NCBI RefSeq assembly: GCF_006345805.1
Contig: NC_043004.1
Location: 68,448,001-68,512,000 of the forward strand
Length of the DNA stretch: 64,000 nucleotides
Source: Octopus sinensis
Taxonomy: Eukaryota
Direction: 5' to 3'
Notes under the pieces: generated by a model
Told to the model about the DNA's origin: nothing
Databases searched by the model: none
The model's input: the letters and a program-made list of their open reading frames with translations, nothing else
Shown here: positions 14,790-28,444 of the stretch, piece by piece
Numbering within the stretch: position 1 is the first letter of the stretch
Layout: every line of letters begins with the position of its first letter
Position numbers and translations under genes: made by a program

Positions 14790-15190
14790 CTGTATGTTTG
14801 TCTTTTACCTTTTAATCTAGCTGTTTCTATCATTGGCTTGAAGCCAAACAAATCGACCCTGGAACTTATTTTTTCATAAGCCTGCTACCTATTCTTTTGC
14901 TGTCTTTTGCTGTCCAACCGGTAACTTACCAAAACGCACGTACACCAAACCAGTTGTCAAGAGCTAACGGAGGACAAATACAAACACAAAATAATACTCA
15001 TACAGATATACATATATACTACAAACGTCTTTAATTTTCCGTCTACCAAATCCGCACACAACTATTAGCTCGACCCAAAGTAGAAATGTCTATCATAGAA
15101 ATTACTTGGCAAATACTTACCGCGCCTTGAGACTGGACGAGGAACTGCGTGTTTGAGAAGCAGAATTCTTATCGTATGGCCACCCTGCAC
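14790..15190 (-). mobile_element. SINE family B, old decayed copy
   Basis: aaatcgaccctggaacttat and ttccgtctaccaaatcc motifs. Confidence 0.6.
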
Positions 15191-15431
15191 CCACAACAGC
15201 GATGACGGTGATTTATCCGCTACTGACAACATAAGCAAGAGTCCTTGTATGCAATAAGTATTATCCTGTAATTATATATATATTCCCGAGTAAGAACATA
15301 AATGTGAAACAAGATGGGAAAGATAGCATTGGAAAATGCTTTATTATTAATGCTGCAAACCATCACTTAAGACTCCCGCTCGTCGTTCCAGTCCATCGGA
15401 CACGATTAACGGGAACGTGAAACTCTGAGTA

Positions 15432-15762
15432 GTCGAGCAAATAGATCCCAGTACTTATTCTAGTAAGCCTAGCACTCATTCTATCGGAATCTTTTACAGA
15501 ACTACAAAGTTACGGGGACGTAAACACACCAACATTGGTTATCAAACGATGGTGGTGCGTTAAACCCAGACACAAACAGATATATACATGCATATATACG
15601 ACGGGCTACTTTGACTTTCCGTCTACCACATCCACTCAAAAAGGCTTTGGTCGTCCCGAGGCTATCGTTGAAAACACTTTCCCAAGGTGCCATGCAGTGG
15701 GACTGTTCCTGGTACCGTGTGGTTGGGACGCAAGCTTCTTGCCACACAGCCATGACTGCATC
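15432..15762 (-). mobile_element. SINE family B copy, lacking its 3' tail
   Basis: Aligns with 6377-6787. Confidence 0.8.
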
Positions 15763-16102
15763 TAGATACACACAAAAACATATGTGTGTGTGTGTGTGTG
15801 TGTGTATTAGCTGGTGTGTGAATAATAAATGTGCAGTAGTGGCGACAAAATCACTTTCGTATGCATACAGCTGTTTCTGCTATAAGTAAGCGTACGTGAA
15901 CAACTGAACACCTCTGTAGGATATCACGTAGCCTTGTCGGGACAATTTGAATGAACTTCTATGTAAGCAGAAACATATGTCTAAATACATCCACACACAC
16001 ATATACCCACACAACCACACAAATAGTTACGTAAATATCGAACGAAGAGAATGAGTATCCACACCGCATTGGTGGATAGAAGGTCTTAATTCTCGTAGCA
16101 AG

Positions 16103-17697
16103 GCTACCATTAATTTCATGCTAATAAAAATATCTTTATATCTTAACAGATATCTTTATATGTTTGTCGCCATTTTGATTGAAAACACAGTCTCGTGAAT
16201 TTGCAGAAAGTCTTGGAAAGGAAACCAATAAATCTAGGGGCACTACCCTTGGTTAATAATTTTTGAGTGGTTATTTACCTTGGATTTGACATTTGAGAAA
16301 AACAGTGTATAACAACTCTCTGGGCAATAAATTTGTTTCCATTATATTATATTCTGGCTATATGTGATGTTCGTATATTTGGTTTGTGCGCTGAGGTAGT
16401 TCGCCATGGAGGCATGTTTCTGCTATGTGTAGAGCTCATGTCTTTTATATATTCGAATTTGACATCAAGCAAAAGAAACGATCCTGGTGGGGTTAGCAGC
16501 GCAGGTGGTGGTTCCTCTTTGATGTGTCTAAGAGTGAAATATTGCTTGTGTATGCAGGGAGAGTAGGTTTCATCTCCAATATTTAGGATGTTATATGTTG
16601 ACTGTATGATATTTACGTTTTCAGTGGTACACATTTGATACCTCGTTCTCTGTATATTCTGGCCTCAGCAATGATGTCCCATTCTATCTGAGGATTATAT
16701 ATACCTTCTTCATTCAATGTTCATATCATATTGCATCTTTTACTTTTGTCCCGGAAAGACGGCAGGTGTTGCCCGTCATTCCGATATACGCCTGTGATAC
16801 TCGGTTGGGATCCATGAATTTAGCTTTGCATATAACTTCTTCTTCCGGAGAGTTGTTATTTAGAAAACAGTGATTTGGGGAACTACATTTACATTGACTT
16901 TAGTTGGTATTTCTGGTGTGTTTATTGTTATTGTGGTCGAATATTATTGACTCTATATTGAGGAGGCAAATTCAACAGTGTTTCTGTTGGAGATTTTGTG
17001 ATATTTTTCTCAATGCGAGAAATGATGAAAAATTAAACTTAAGAATTTTCTGGTTATGTTAGGGGCTACATTCATGATATACGGTGGGTTAAACCATAAT
17101 CTTTTCCACTGTCTGTGTCTTCGTAGTCTTTTTAAATTTCGTTCAAACTTTATGCTTTCTTATAGTATCGAGCGGCCGTTGAAAAGTGTCTTCATCGGCG
17201 GATAATAGGGGACGCGCCTGCAAATGTTATTAACTAGTTGTTTAATGACTACTGGTTAGTGATGGGAGCACCTGTCTATGTAAGAGATTTCCTTATTTGG
17301 CTTATTGTAGAGTTTAAAGTTGACGCTCACACCACCAGGGTAGTTTCTTTTTCTGAACGCGGAAATTGAATATATATATAGCACGACCTCTATAGAGGAA
17401 TCATGCTCCAATGAGGATCTAACTCAACACACAAATATACAAATATCACATATACCCGGAATATAATATGGAAACAAATTTACCATCCAACATTACTGGT
17501 TTCCCAAATGTCATATTCGAGCAAGATAACTACCCAAAAATGTGTTATCCAAGAGTCGCGCCCCTTAATTTATGGTCTCCTTTCTGCGAATTCACAAAAC
17601 TGCTTTCATCTAAAACAGAGACGAACATGTGATCAACTTAGAAAATTGTAAAAATATTAAGATATCTTTCTTAACATGAAACCAATGGTATCCTCAA
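16103..17697 (-). mobile_element. Naiad/Neptune-type PLE fragment (RT thumb, Cys linker, GIY-YIG) with inverted pseudo-LTRs
   Basis: Minus-strand translation gives YNKPNKEISYI..., LWFNPPY.MNV, CKCSSPNHC...VICKAK...YIGMTG (about 16560-17335). Arms 16103-16300 and 17500-17697 are diverged reverse complements. Confidence 0.8.
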
Positions 17698-18467
17698 TAC
17701 ACACACACACGCATACACACACATATATATATATATGACGTACCCTGTAATTATGGGAAAGCGGAGCTTATCTCTTGGATCCGTTCGCATATTGTTTCAC
17801 TAATACAATAACAACAATGCAAAGTATGTAACCTTCAAAACGGTTTTTGTGCATTTACAGAAAATACAGAACTGTCTTAAACAGGACTTTGTTTTTGAGA
17901 ATTCCCATTTGTGAGTCAGTTATGTAATAACATGAAATTAGTTGTCCGATAGTAAAACTTCAAATAAAGTAGCCCCGAAAAGAGTTTAATGCCTTCCCAG
18001 AGTATTAGAACATGGGAAGAAATACTAATAAGGTATGTATACTAAAATTGTGAGGCTTCTTACATAATAACAGGCTAATCAGATATGAGGTAATAACAAT
18101 TGAAAGTAAATAACTCTGAAAAGGGCTTACCCCTTCGTTTGATATACAGGACAGACCCCTTCGTTTGATATACAGGGAAATGCACAGAGAAAAGGAGAAA
18201 GAAAATAGGTAAAAGGGATGGGAACAGATAGTCGGGAATAAAAGAATGAAGAATTGATAATGTTACATATATAAATTTTTATACGGTCCGTAATCTTGTC
18301 GCATCTTAATAACTATTTACATTCTTAGTCCATTCCTTTCTAACGTTTATCACGTCGGCTATTTAATTCATCACTGACTCAATGAGAAAAGTAATAGCAA
18401 CGAATTTAAAGTCGTTAGATTGAATTGCCGAAAGAATGCGGTTTTTGGTTTCCAATGCCAAGGAGAG

Positions 18468-18670
18468 ATATTTCGGGTTTAATTTGTCCTTCTCCATACT
18501 TTGTTAGATAGTTCGTGTTTAATTTGTCCCTCTCTCTAATTTGTTAAATATTTCAAGCTTAAATTGTCTTTCTATCTAATTTGTTAGATATTTCATGTTT
18601 AATTAGTACTTTCTAATCTGTTACATATTTCATGTTTAATTTGTCCTTCTGCCTAATTTGCTCGGCATTC
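18468..18670. repeat. Minisatellite, about 5 units of ~40 bp
   Basis: Approximate unit tttcatgtttaatttgtccttctntctaatttgttagata. Confidence 0.85.
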
Positions 18671-19154
18671 CACGTCAAATTTAATTAAACGTATATATAT
18701 ATTCATATATAATTGTAATATAATTTAAATTATACCCTGTACTTTGCCGTAAATACACTCCATTTAATTGGCGTGCTATATTTGTACTCCGTAGCTCTGG
18801 TTCCCTTAAAACAATACATAATAATTGCACTCAATAATTTCACCGTATATATAGGTATATATGGGTTTCGCACACTATATACGGGTATATATACACATAT
18901 GAATACATAGACACACACACACATATACGTATATATCTGTGTGCATGTGTGTCTTTATAAGTGTGAGATAGAGAAAGGTGTTTGTGTCGGGGAAAATCCC
19001 ACAATACAGCATATATCTAATAGTCAACAGTTTCGGACCGCTATAAAACAAAATGGCCGATGATAAATATATTTACGTTCACTTTTGGAAGAGAAAGCAA
19101 TATAACAATGAAAACAAGCACAAGAGAAGTATCGCAAGAAAACCAACAACCAGC

Positions 19155-19167
19155 AACAACAATAACA

Positions 19168-19230
<63 letters not shown>

Positions 19231-19244
19231 GTAATAACAACAAC

Positions 19245-19278
<34 letters not shown>

Positions 19279-19285
19279 GCAGTAA

Positions 19286-19369
<84 letters not shown>

Positions 19370-19370
19370 C
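19155..19370. repeat. (AAT)n microsatellite
   Basis: Direct reading. Also (AAT)n at 11782-11940 and (ATT)n at 20768-21545. Confidence 0.95.
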
Positions 19371-19913
19371 AGTGTCCTCAACGTGAACAAAGAAACCCCA
19401 AAATATATTAAGCAAAGAACTGCGGCAAACATAATAATCACCATTAAATCATACCTAAGTGGACGTTCCTTTCTTGCTATGATACAAACAATCCATTATA
19501 CGTAAAATAACTGGTCATAAACAAAAACCATACAGGAAAGTTAATTGCCCTGAGAGTTTGTGAGGTGATGGACAGAACCGACTGACGAAACCGAAAGATT
19601 TATAGTGTTAGGGCAGCGTTAGTCATTTTCATTGGAGAAAAACTATCGATACTGATCAAACGCTAGTTAATCAAAGTAATTGGAAGGATTAATCCTCTAT
19701 TCATATGTACTTGGTGCTAGCATATGTACGTGTGTGTATATTTCCAAATATACGTATGTATATATATATAGATAGATAGATACACAGATATATATACACA
19801 AGTGTATATAAACATATTACGTATTCATCTATATATATGTGTGTGTATGTATATACACACATGCATATAGATATATGAATGTATGTATGTATTTATCTAT
19901 AGACTATATATAT

Positions 19914-19995
<82 letters not shown>

Positions 19996-20105
19996 TATAT
20001 ATATATAATATATATATATGGTTATATTTCGAAATGGTCATTTTGCCTGTTTAGCCAATATATACATAAAACATACATATATGCATATATATATCTAGAT
20101 ATACA

Positions 20106-20187
<82 letters not shown>

Positions 20188-20780
20188 ATATATATATATA
20201 TATGTCTGTATGTGTGTGTGCATCAATCTCCCTATATATATATATATATATATATATATGTTTGTATGTGTGTGCTTGTATGTACACCTGTGAGAATTCG
20301 ATTGACCAACAATGACTGACCTTATTAAAATATATTTTATGTGTATAATAATCATTTTAATTCGCTTTATTATGTTCTTGTAATAAATAAATATACAAAT
20401 ATACAATGAAGCTGAGAGAGACGAAGAGAGAGACAGAGAGAAAGAGAGAGAGAGATTGCTGACTGAGAAACACATACAGACAAGCACAAAGAGAGACAGG
20501 GATTGACTGATAGACTAACAAATATATAAGAGGGGGTACAATCAGTCTTTACAAATAGAGATGTGTCAATAAATCATATGTATCATAATTGCTTAGCAAT
20601 ATATTTTTTTATTTTTTCATATATATTTTTGTTCTTTTTTTCACATTCCTTTATTTTTTCATTTTTTTATATTTTTCATCTCTAAAATGAACTAATAATG
20701 TCGAGACATCGGTCAAATGTTTTTACTCTACTTAAGATTTATATCTCACTTTTCCGCTAGATTTGCTATTATTATTATTA

Positions 20781-20832
<52 letters not shown>

Positions 20833-20903
20833 GTCATTATTATTATATTATTATTATTATTATTATATTATTATTATTATTATTATTATTAATATTATTA
20901 TTG

Positions 20904-20974
<71 letters not shown>

Positions 20975-21224
20975 ATTATAATAATAATAATAATAATAAT
21001 AATTATTATTATTATTATTATTATTATTATAATTATTATTATTATCATTATTATTATTACAATTGTTACTGACAGGTTACTGACTTCATTTTTTAGTGTA
21101 TTTAGCTAGAATTAATGTAGACAGTAAGTGTTATAAAACAAAACACTTTTTTCTGTTTTAGTCCTTTATTATTATTATTATTATTATTATTATATTATTG
21201 TTGTTGTTGCTGTTATTATTATTA

Positions 21225-21295
<71 letters not shown>

Positions 21296-21392
21296 CGTTG
21301 TTGATGCTGTTATTATTATTATTATATTATTATTTATTATTATTATTATATTATTATCATTATCATCATCATCATCATTATTATTGTTATTA

Positions 21393-21441
<49 letters not shown>

Positions 21442-21547
21442 CATCATCATCATCATTATTATTATTATTATTATTATCATATTATTATTATCATCATTAT
21501 TATTATTATTATTATTATCATTATCAATATTATTAATCGAATTATCA

Positions 21548-22150
21548 TGATAATTTGAAACAGTAGACATATTCGCTTGGCGTAATTCCACTCTTTCAGA
21601 TTTACAGCTTTGCTCAAACTATACTTGTTACTGTTCAGAGAAAATTAAAAGTTCTGAAAGAATTTATTCTTAGATTTTTTATTTCCAAGTCTGAAGTGAG
21701 GAGGTGAGTTGAGTGCGTATCCAAAAAACTGGAAGGCATATATGTCATGGCGACACAGATGGGAAATGGACTTTGGAAATATTTTTGTTTATCTTTCTTG
21801 TTGTCAATCCTTGATTTCTTGTGCCACGACAAGAGACCTCCCGTTTCTGATCTACATAAAAATAAGATATCTACAGGGCGTTCAAAACGTCTCTCCGCAG
21901 TGAATTTCTTTTCATCCTGCACATCACCATGGCGCTACTTTAAGAGTTTTTCAGTGGACGGATTACTTCGAAGGGACTTTGGCCACCAAGATTACCTGAT
22001 TTAACACTGACTGCCTTTTTCCTGAGGAGCAAGTAAAGGATCGGTGTACAAGAATTACCCGAAGACCATTAAATACTTACTACGGAGAGACTTTTTGAAC
22101 ATCCTAAATTTCAGACGAACTAATCAGGGAATGTTTATGATACTTGGTTA
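21548..22150 (+). pseudogene. Heavily decayed Tc1/mariner-superfamily transposase remnant
   Basis: MALL*EFFSGRITSKGLWPPRLPDLTLTAFFL...VKDR-YKNYPKTI matches the WPPRSPDLxPxDFFLWG motif. Confidence 0.7.
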
Positions 22151-22214
22151 CTAAACAGGCCAGAAATAACAACCTACCTATCATTCACCTCACAGCTTCC
22201 AGTAAACGTTTACC

Positions 22215-22545
22215 TTTTGCTAAGGCACTGTCTTGGAGGAGTTAGCTGAGCAAATCGACCCTAATAATAATTCTTAAGTCTGGTACTTTACTTCTATCGG
22301 AATCTTTTGTACAACAAGTTTATAGAAATGTAAACAAACTAACACCGTGTGTCAAATGGTGGTGGGATAAACACAAACATGCATAAGCATATATTTATGA
22401 CGGGCTGCAATACACTTTCCTTCCAAAGTTATTCACGAGGCATTGGTCGGACTGTGACTATATTAGAAGAGAATGGCCAAAAATGTCATACGGTGGGACC
22501 GAATGCGAAAAGAAGTGGCTGCAAGCGATCTTTTTTACCGCAAAT
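22215..22545 (-). mobile_element. SINE family B, decayed
   Basis: gagcaaatcgaccc and ttctatcggaatcttttg motifs. Confidence 0.6.
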
Positions 22546-23030
22546 CCGCGGATAACGTAATCTTCGATGACTGCCTTCAAACCAAAGGATCTACATATTA
22601 CTCTCATGAATCAACGGTAATGGATGTAGGAAATAGATTGAGCTGCGAGAAAATGCAGCCAAATCTCTTTCAAATCATCCCTTACAGTTATTTTTTAAAA
22701 AAGAGAACGCATTGAAAGATATATCACTAAGTACACTCCGTCTGGAATAAAGATTAGCAATATCAAGGCCAAATTAGACAATATGGTTCTTCGCAGACAA
22801 GGATGGTCATGAGAGGAATGCTTTAAGTTATAGATGCGCTTAGTCAAACTCTCTTATACGAATACACAATCCTATTTACTTTTAAAATAATCTTAGTAAT
22901 TTCATTATTCACTCATTAAATTCCGACAGTTCTTTATATATTTATGTAAGAACATTTCCAGCCAGAGAATGGATGGACGGATAGATGGACAGACAGACTG
23001 GCAGCCATAGAGACAGATAGATAGATAGAC

Positions 23031-23073
<43 letters not shown>

Positions 23074-23123
23074 GATAGATAGATAGATAGATAGATAGAT
23101 AGGCAGATAGATAGATAGATAGA

Positions 23124-23326
23124 TATGTTTCTTTATTAGCCACACAGGGCTGCACACAGGCAGGACAAAATTACAAGGTAGAGCTTTTCTTTTGGGAGTA
23201 AAAGAAGGGGGTTTGGTTTTCGATCAAAAGGGATCGTAAATGGAAAGAAAGAGGACAAAAAAAGGTGGGGATAAAATAATTAAAAAAAAAAAATAGATAG
23301 ATAGATAGATAGATAGACAGTCAGAT

Positions 23327-23416
<90 letters not shown>

Positions 23417-23550
23417 CTGTCACGTTTTAAGCCTTCAACACTTGATAGAGTCGAGAGAGAGGGAGAGTTGTGGCACAGAGCCAATGTTGGATAGCTTTTG
23501 TATACTCGGTGAGCCCATCCTTGTTTAGGCCTAACCACTGCCATCTTCTA
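23124..23550 (-). mobile_element. Probable LINE 3' UTR fragment ending in (CTAT)n
   Basis: Minus-strand end cagccctgtgtggctaataaagaaac resembles the family A SINE tail. No ORF recognised. Confidence 0.45.
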
Positions 23551-24189
23551 GAAAGAGGGAAAGAGAAAGACTCAGAGAAATAGAGAGAGGGGGAAATGAT
23601 CCACTTGAAATACTGAAAACAAAATAAGGGAGACTGAAGAATAGAATGGAGAAACGATGGAAGGGTAGTTTGCCAAAGAAGTGTGCAGGAATACAGGCGC
23701 CGATAGAAGTTGTCATCGTGGGTTGTAATGATCCAATATGATCATGAAATTGAATATCGAAGGCTGCATATGGTGGATTGTGAATAATGAGAGGGAAAAT
23801 CCTGTTTGATTTTAGATATTGTGTCCTTATAATGACAAATATTGGACGGAGAAGAGAGCGTTAATTTGGCCGAGCAGGCTAGTTATTACTTTTGTTCCTC
23901 AATGGTAGACGTAATAGCTTCATTTTACTTAAGGATGTGTTACTTCTGTTATTCAACTCCATTATGAATTAATTCGAAAACAATCTCCAGAGAAAGATAT
24001 ATATCTTACAGGGTAAACATTAATGACATAAAAAAAAAAAAATTTCCTTGGAAAAGTTCTTGCTGTAATAAATCAAAAATCTATAAGAATAATCTTGGAA
24101 GGAAGTGTTAGTAATCTAGCCACAACGGCATGACTGGGAATAACTGCATACGTTCGAGATGAGAACCAGTGATAATACTTTGTATATAA

Positions 24190-24800
24190 GCACCAGGCTT
24201 GGAATCTGGTGTTGAGGAAGCTAGTCCGTTGCATCGCTCCCAGTTCTCAATCGGTACTTATTTTATCGACCCTCAAAGGGACGAAATGCAAAGTAAACCT
24301 TGGTAGCATTGGAAACACGAAACCTAAAACGCTGCTAAGTACTTTGGGCCGGCGTGCAAGCAATTTTGATCGCTCGTTGCCTGCGAACTTCCTTTATTAT
24401 AATATTCTATCCTACTATAAACACAAGGACTCAAAATTTCGGGGATGAATCAAGTCCATTAGATCGACACGCTGTGCTCAACTGCTATTTATTTTATAGA
24501 CGCCCAAATGGTGAAAGGCAATGTCGATCTGTGCAGAATTTGTACTCAGAACGAAAAGACGGTCGAAATGACGCAAAGCATTTTGTCCGGCGTGCTAAAG
24601 ATACTATTTACTCTATTTACTCATGATCTGAAATATGGGGAGAGAGTTAATCGATTACATCGACGCTAATACTTGACTGCTATTTTATTTTATCGACACC
24701 GAATATGTGAAAGGAAAGGTTATTCTCGGTACAGTTTGAACTTATTATGTTAGATGTCGGAAAAAATTTTGCTATGTATTTTGTCCAATGCTCCGATGAT
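24190..24800 (-). mobile_element. Three head-to-tail decayed family A SINE copies
   Basis: A ~200-bp unit (aggc/cctgaaa...tattttatcgac...gaaagg...ttgaactc) recurs at about 24190, 24420 and 24625. Confidence 0.7.
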
Positions 24801-25480
24801 TCTGCTAATCCACTTCTGTAATGATAGTGATAATAAAATTAATATATTATCACACAAAAACAAAAAAAGCTATATACTACTACCCATATATCAAAATTTT
24901 CAGATATTTTCCATTTGGAAATGTTACTGATCTTATATGTCTAAGCCAATTTACAAAAGTGTGTGACAGAAAATCAGATTATCAGCTATATATCACACAA
25001 AACACTTCTATTACATTCACTTAGTGATCATAGAACTGAACGTAATTATACAAATGGCAGAGTATTCTGCGCCATTTTTTTTGTTCTTTTATTCATCTCC
25101 TTTTCGTTTTACGTCTGGTATTTGTTCATATTTTCTCTTTTTCAAACATCTCTCATAACAACATAAGTAAATGTGACTGAATTTATTTTTATTATCTCAT
25201 TACAGGCCTGTGAAAATGTCCATATCTGTTTATTTTATTTATTCTTACGCCGAGTCTTTAATTTCGTAACCTCTCTTCTCGAACGCCTCTTTCACTCTCT
25301 TTTCCTCTGTCACTCCTTTTTTCTTTCTCTATATTATTTGCAGAGGCTCCAACATACCATAACACTGGCGTTTTCTGTTCTCTATTTGTGATGTTAATTC
25401 TAATATTTTTACTCATCCGTAATTTACTATGCCTTTGTGGTATTAATCATTAATAACGAAATGTTCAGATGACAGACTTT

Positions 25481-25533
<53 letters not shown>

Positions 25534-25561
25534 CATATATATATACATATATATGTATATA

Positions 25562-25598
<37 letters not shown>

Positions 25599-25627
25599 AT
25601 ATATAATATATATATATATATATTTAC

Positions 25628-25668
<41 letters not shown>

Positions 25669-26231
25669 TATATGTATTTATAGGGAGAGAGACATATGCA
25701 TGTACTTATATATGTAAATATATATTGTATTATCGTCATGGAATACGGTTCAGTCGAGGTGCACTAATATAAGCTTTAGTGTGTCATTCACGATACTAGC
25801 ATCGAGGTTTCTATTCCATTATTTAAGAATTTCGTAACCATCGTTTCGAACTACAGTTCATTAAGAAAAGTGTAGAGTACTCCAACAGGTATTAATTTAT
25901 TTCTATGTAGGAAATCACCGTTGACTATTTATTATGCCATAACTATCGTGTATTGTTGGACTGATATGCACCATTGAATAAGAAAAGGATAATAAAAACA
26001 TATATATATATAGAAAACCATACAGATAGGGTGACAAAGACTACAGGTGCCACATACAACAGAGGAAGATTTGGGAATATGCGCCGTGCATTCGCAACTT
26101 ATATACATACACACAACACACAAACACACATATATATATGCATGTATATGTTTATGTGTATATGTACATATATGTGTGTGTGTGTGCGTGTGTGTGCGCG
26201 TGTGTTTGGGTACACATACACATATATATGC

Positions 26232-26585
26232 ACTTTTACTCTTTTACTTGTCTCAGTCTTTTGACTGCAGCCAAGCTGGAGTATTGCCTTTAGCCGAACA
26301 AATCGACCCAAGGACTTATACGAACGCTACGTTACTGGGCCGTAAACACAGCAACATCGGCTGTCAAGCGATGGTGGGGGAGGGAGAACTACAAGCAAAA
26401 ATATATACATTTATATGTAGGTGTGTATGTATATATACGACGGGCTTTTTTCAGTTTCCGGCAACGAAATCCACTCGGCCCGAGGTTATAGTAGAAGACA
26501 TTTGTCAAGGTGCCACTCAGTGGGACTGAACCTGGAACCATGTCGTTGGTAAGCAAGTTGCTTACGACAGCCACTCCTACTCCTG
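26232..26585 (-). mobile_element. SINE family B copy
   Basis: Aligns with 6377-6787 and ends cagccactcctac. Confidence 0.82.
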
Positions 26586-26586
26586 T

Positions 26587-26825
26587 TATATTTTGATTGG
26601 TTTCAGCCAAAGGTTCGGACCATGCTGCAGCACCGTCTTTCGGTGTGTATGGTTCTCCTTTCGGAACTCTTTTGAGTGAAGGGGCGAGTTGGACGGAATT
26701 CCTCTTCACTGTCCCTCCTGCCGCGATGGGGGTTCAAATATAAATTTGTTCAGACACATCTTTTTGAAGATCTCCACATCTGCACCTCGCAAAGCACTGA
26801 CGTTGTTTGACAGGATGTTGAACAT
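26587..26825 (-). mobile_element. CR1-like LINE 3' end fragment
   Basis: FNILSNNVSALRGADVEIFKK...EPPSRQEGQ*RGIPSNS parallels the C-terminus of the 55800-57195 LINE. Tail cggtgctgcagcatgg...gctgaaac. Confidence 0.7.
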
Positions 26826-26895
26826 TACACACACACACACGCACACGCACTCACGCTCATATACACACGCACGCCTACACATACACACACATAAT

Positions 26896-26940
<45 letters not shown>

Positions 26941-27037
26941 ATGTGCGTATATAATATTACATATTATACATACCTAAACGCATGCATGCATCAATATAAT
27001 TGTGACTAAGACGTTCACAGGAAACCTAAAGTCAAAT

Positions 27038-27103
<66 letters not shown>
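27038..27103. repeat. (TAG)n microsatellite
   Basis: Direct reading. Confidence 0.95.
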
Positions 27104-27509
27104 CAGAATTTTGGTTGCAACTATACAGATGACTCCGCGGTGAGATATCTAGTCACTTAAATCGTCTCCTGTATTATTTTAAGTTTTGGTGTATGTATTC
27201 TTGTGCGAACTACTGACGGAATCAGCACCGTCTTTGGGGCACAGTGACAGTCATACACACACACACACACACACACCTTTCGACCTTCTGTTTTCGGTAA
27301 AGAAATATGAATGAAGTACTACAGTCGATTATACTGACTGTTTTGAGTCCATTAAAAATATTAGGCCTTAAGCCTATGTTAGAAACATTTCTATGAAGTT
27401 GGGTGAAAATTACTGATACCAGCACAAGGAAACAAATTTTGGTAGGAGGCGTTCTATTTGCCTGACTTCATCTCAATACACTGATTCTATAAATACGAAT
27501 GCATTACTT

Positions 27510-27603
27510 TTTTTTTCTTTTATGTTTTACTTGTTTCGGTCATTGGACTGCGGCCATGCTGAGGCAGCTCTTCAAATGGTTTGGTTGAAAGAAAGAAAGA
27601 AAA

Positions 27604-27667
<64 letters not shown>

Positions 27668-27830
27668 AGGAAAGAAAGAGAGACAGAGACGAATTTCCAC
27701 ACAACTTGTGTCTACCAAATTCACTCACAAGGCAATGGTTCCGTCCAGGTTATAGTAGGAGAATACGCCTTGCAAAGGAAATGACCCGAAACCAATTAGT
27801 TGCAAAGCGACCCTCTTAACCACGAACACC
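27510..27830 (-). mobile_element. SINE family B, internally deleted, with an (AAAG)n tract
   Basis: Tail gactgcggccatgctg and body tctaccaaattcactcacaaggc flank (AAAG)n at 27588-27680. Confidence 0.7.
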
Positions 27831-28060
27831 TGTTATTTACTGAAGTTAATACCAATAAATAATTCATAGCACTTCTACTGTAAGACCTTTTACCTATATG
27901 AAAATAATTAATATTTAAAACGTTAATAACGAGATAAGATATACTGTTGTTATGACAGAAATATTTTACATATATCTTTATATACATGTTGCATAAATAT
28001 TTTCATTCATAATTCCAGTTTGTTTGCTTTCATTTTTTAAATGTCGGTAATATGGTTAGT

Positions 28061-28444
28061 GGAGGCGCAATGGCCCAGTGGTTAGAGCAGCGGACTCGTG
28101 GTCGGAGGATCGCGGTTTCGATTCCCAGACCGGGCGTTGTGAGTGTTTATTGAGCGAAAACACCTAAAGCTCCACGAGGCTCCGGCAGGGATGGTGGTGA
28201 TCCCTGCTGTACTCTTTCACCACAACTTTCTCTCACTCTTACTTCCTGTTTCTGTTGTACCTGTATTTCAAAGGGCCGGCCTTGTCACTCTCTGTGTCAC
28301 GCTGAATATCCCCGAGAACTACGTTAAGGGTACACGTGTCTGTGGAGTGCTCAGCCACTTACACGTTAATTTCACGAGCAGGCTGTTCCATTGATCGGAT
28401 CAACCGGAACCCTCGTCGTCGGAACCGACGGAGTGCTTCCATCC
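28061..28444 (+). mobile_element. tRNA-derived SINE, family C, young full-length copy with a 12-bp TSD
   Basis: A-box TGGCCCAGTGG, B-box GGTTTCGATTCC. TSD aatatggttagt at 28049-28060 and 28445-28456. Near-identical to 48153-48539. Confidence 0.95.

Noticed and set aside
18468-18670. CRISPR-like array
   Set aside because: Contiguous degenerate tandem units with no unique spacers, no cas genes, and a eukaryotic context.
21639-21703. Possible 65-nt host exon (ttcag ... gtgagt)
   Set aside because: It lies inside a Tc1/mariner remnant, has a weak pyrimidine tract and has no partner exons.
25830-25870. Minus-strand taatga-actgtagttc-gaaacg as a hammerhead; similar weak cases at about 19030, 19580, 58820 and 63260
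   Set aside because: Several core mismatches or missing halves; not distinguishable from chance by eye.
28061-28135. tRNA gene (also other SINE heads)
   Set aside because: A and B boxes run on into a repeated SINE body with a TSD; no clean acceptor stem or terminator.
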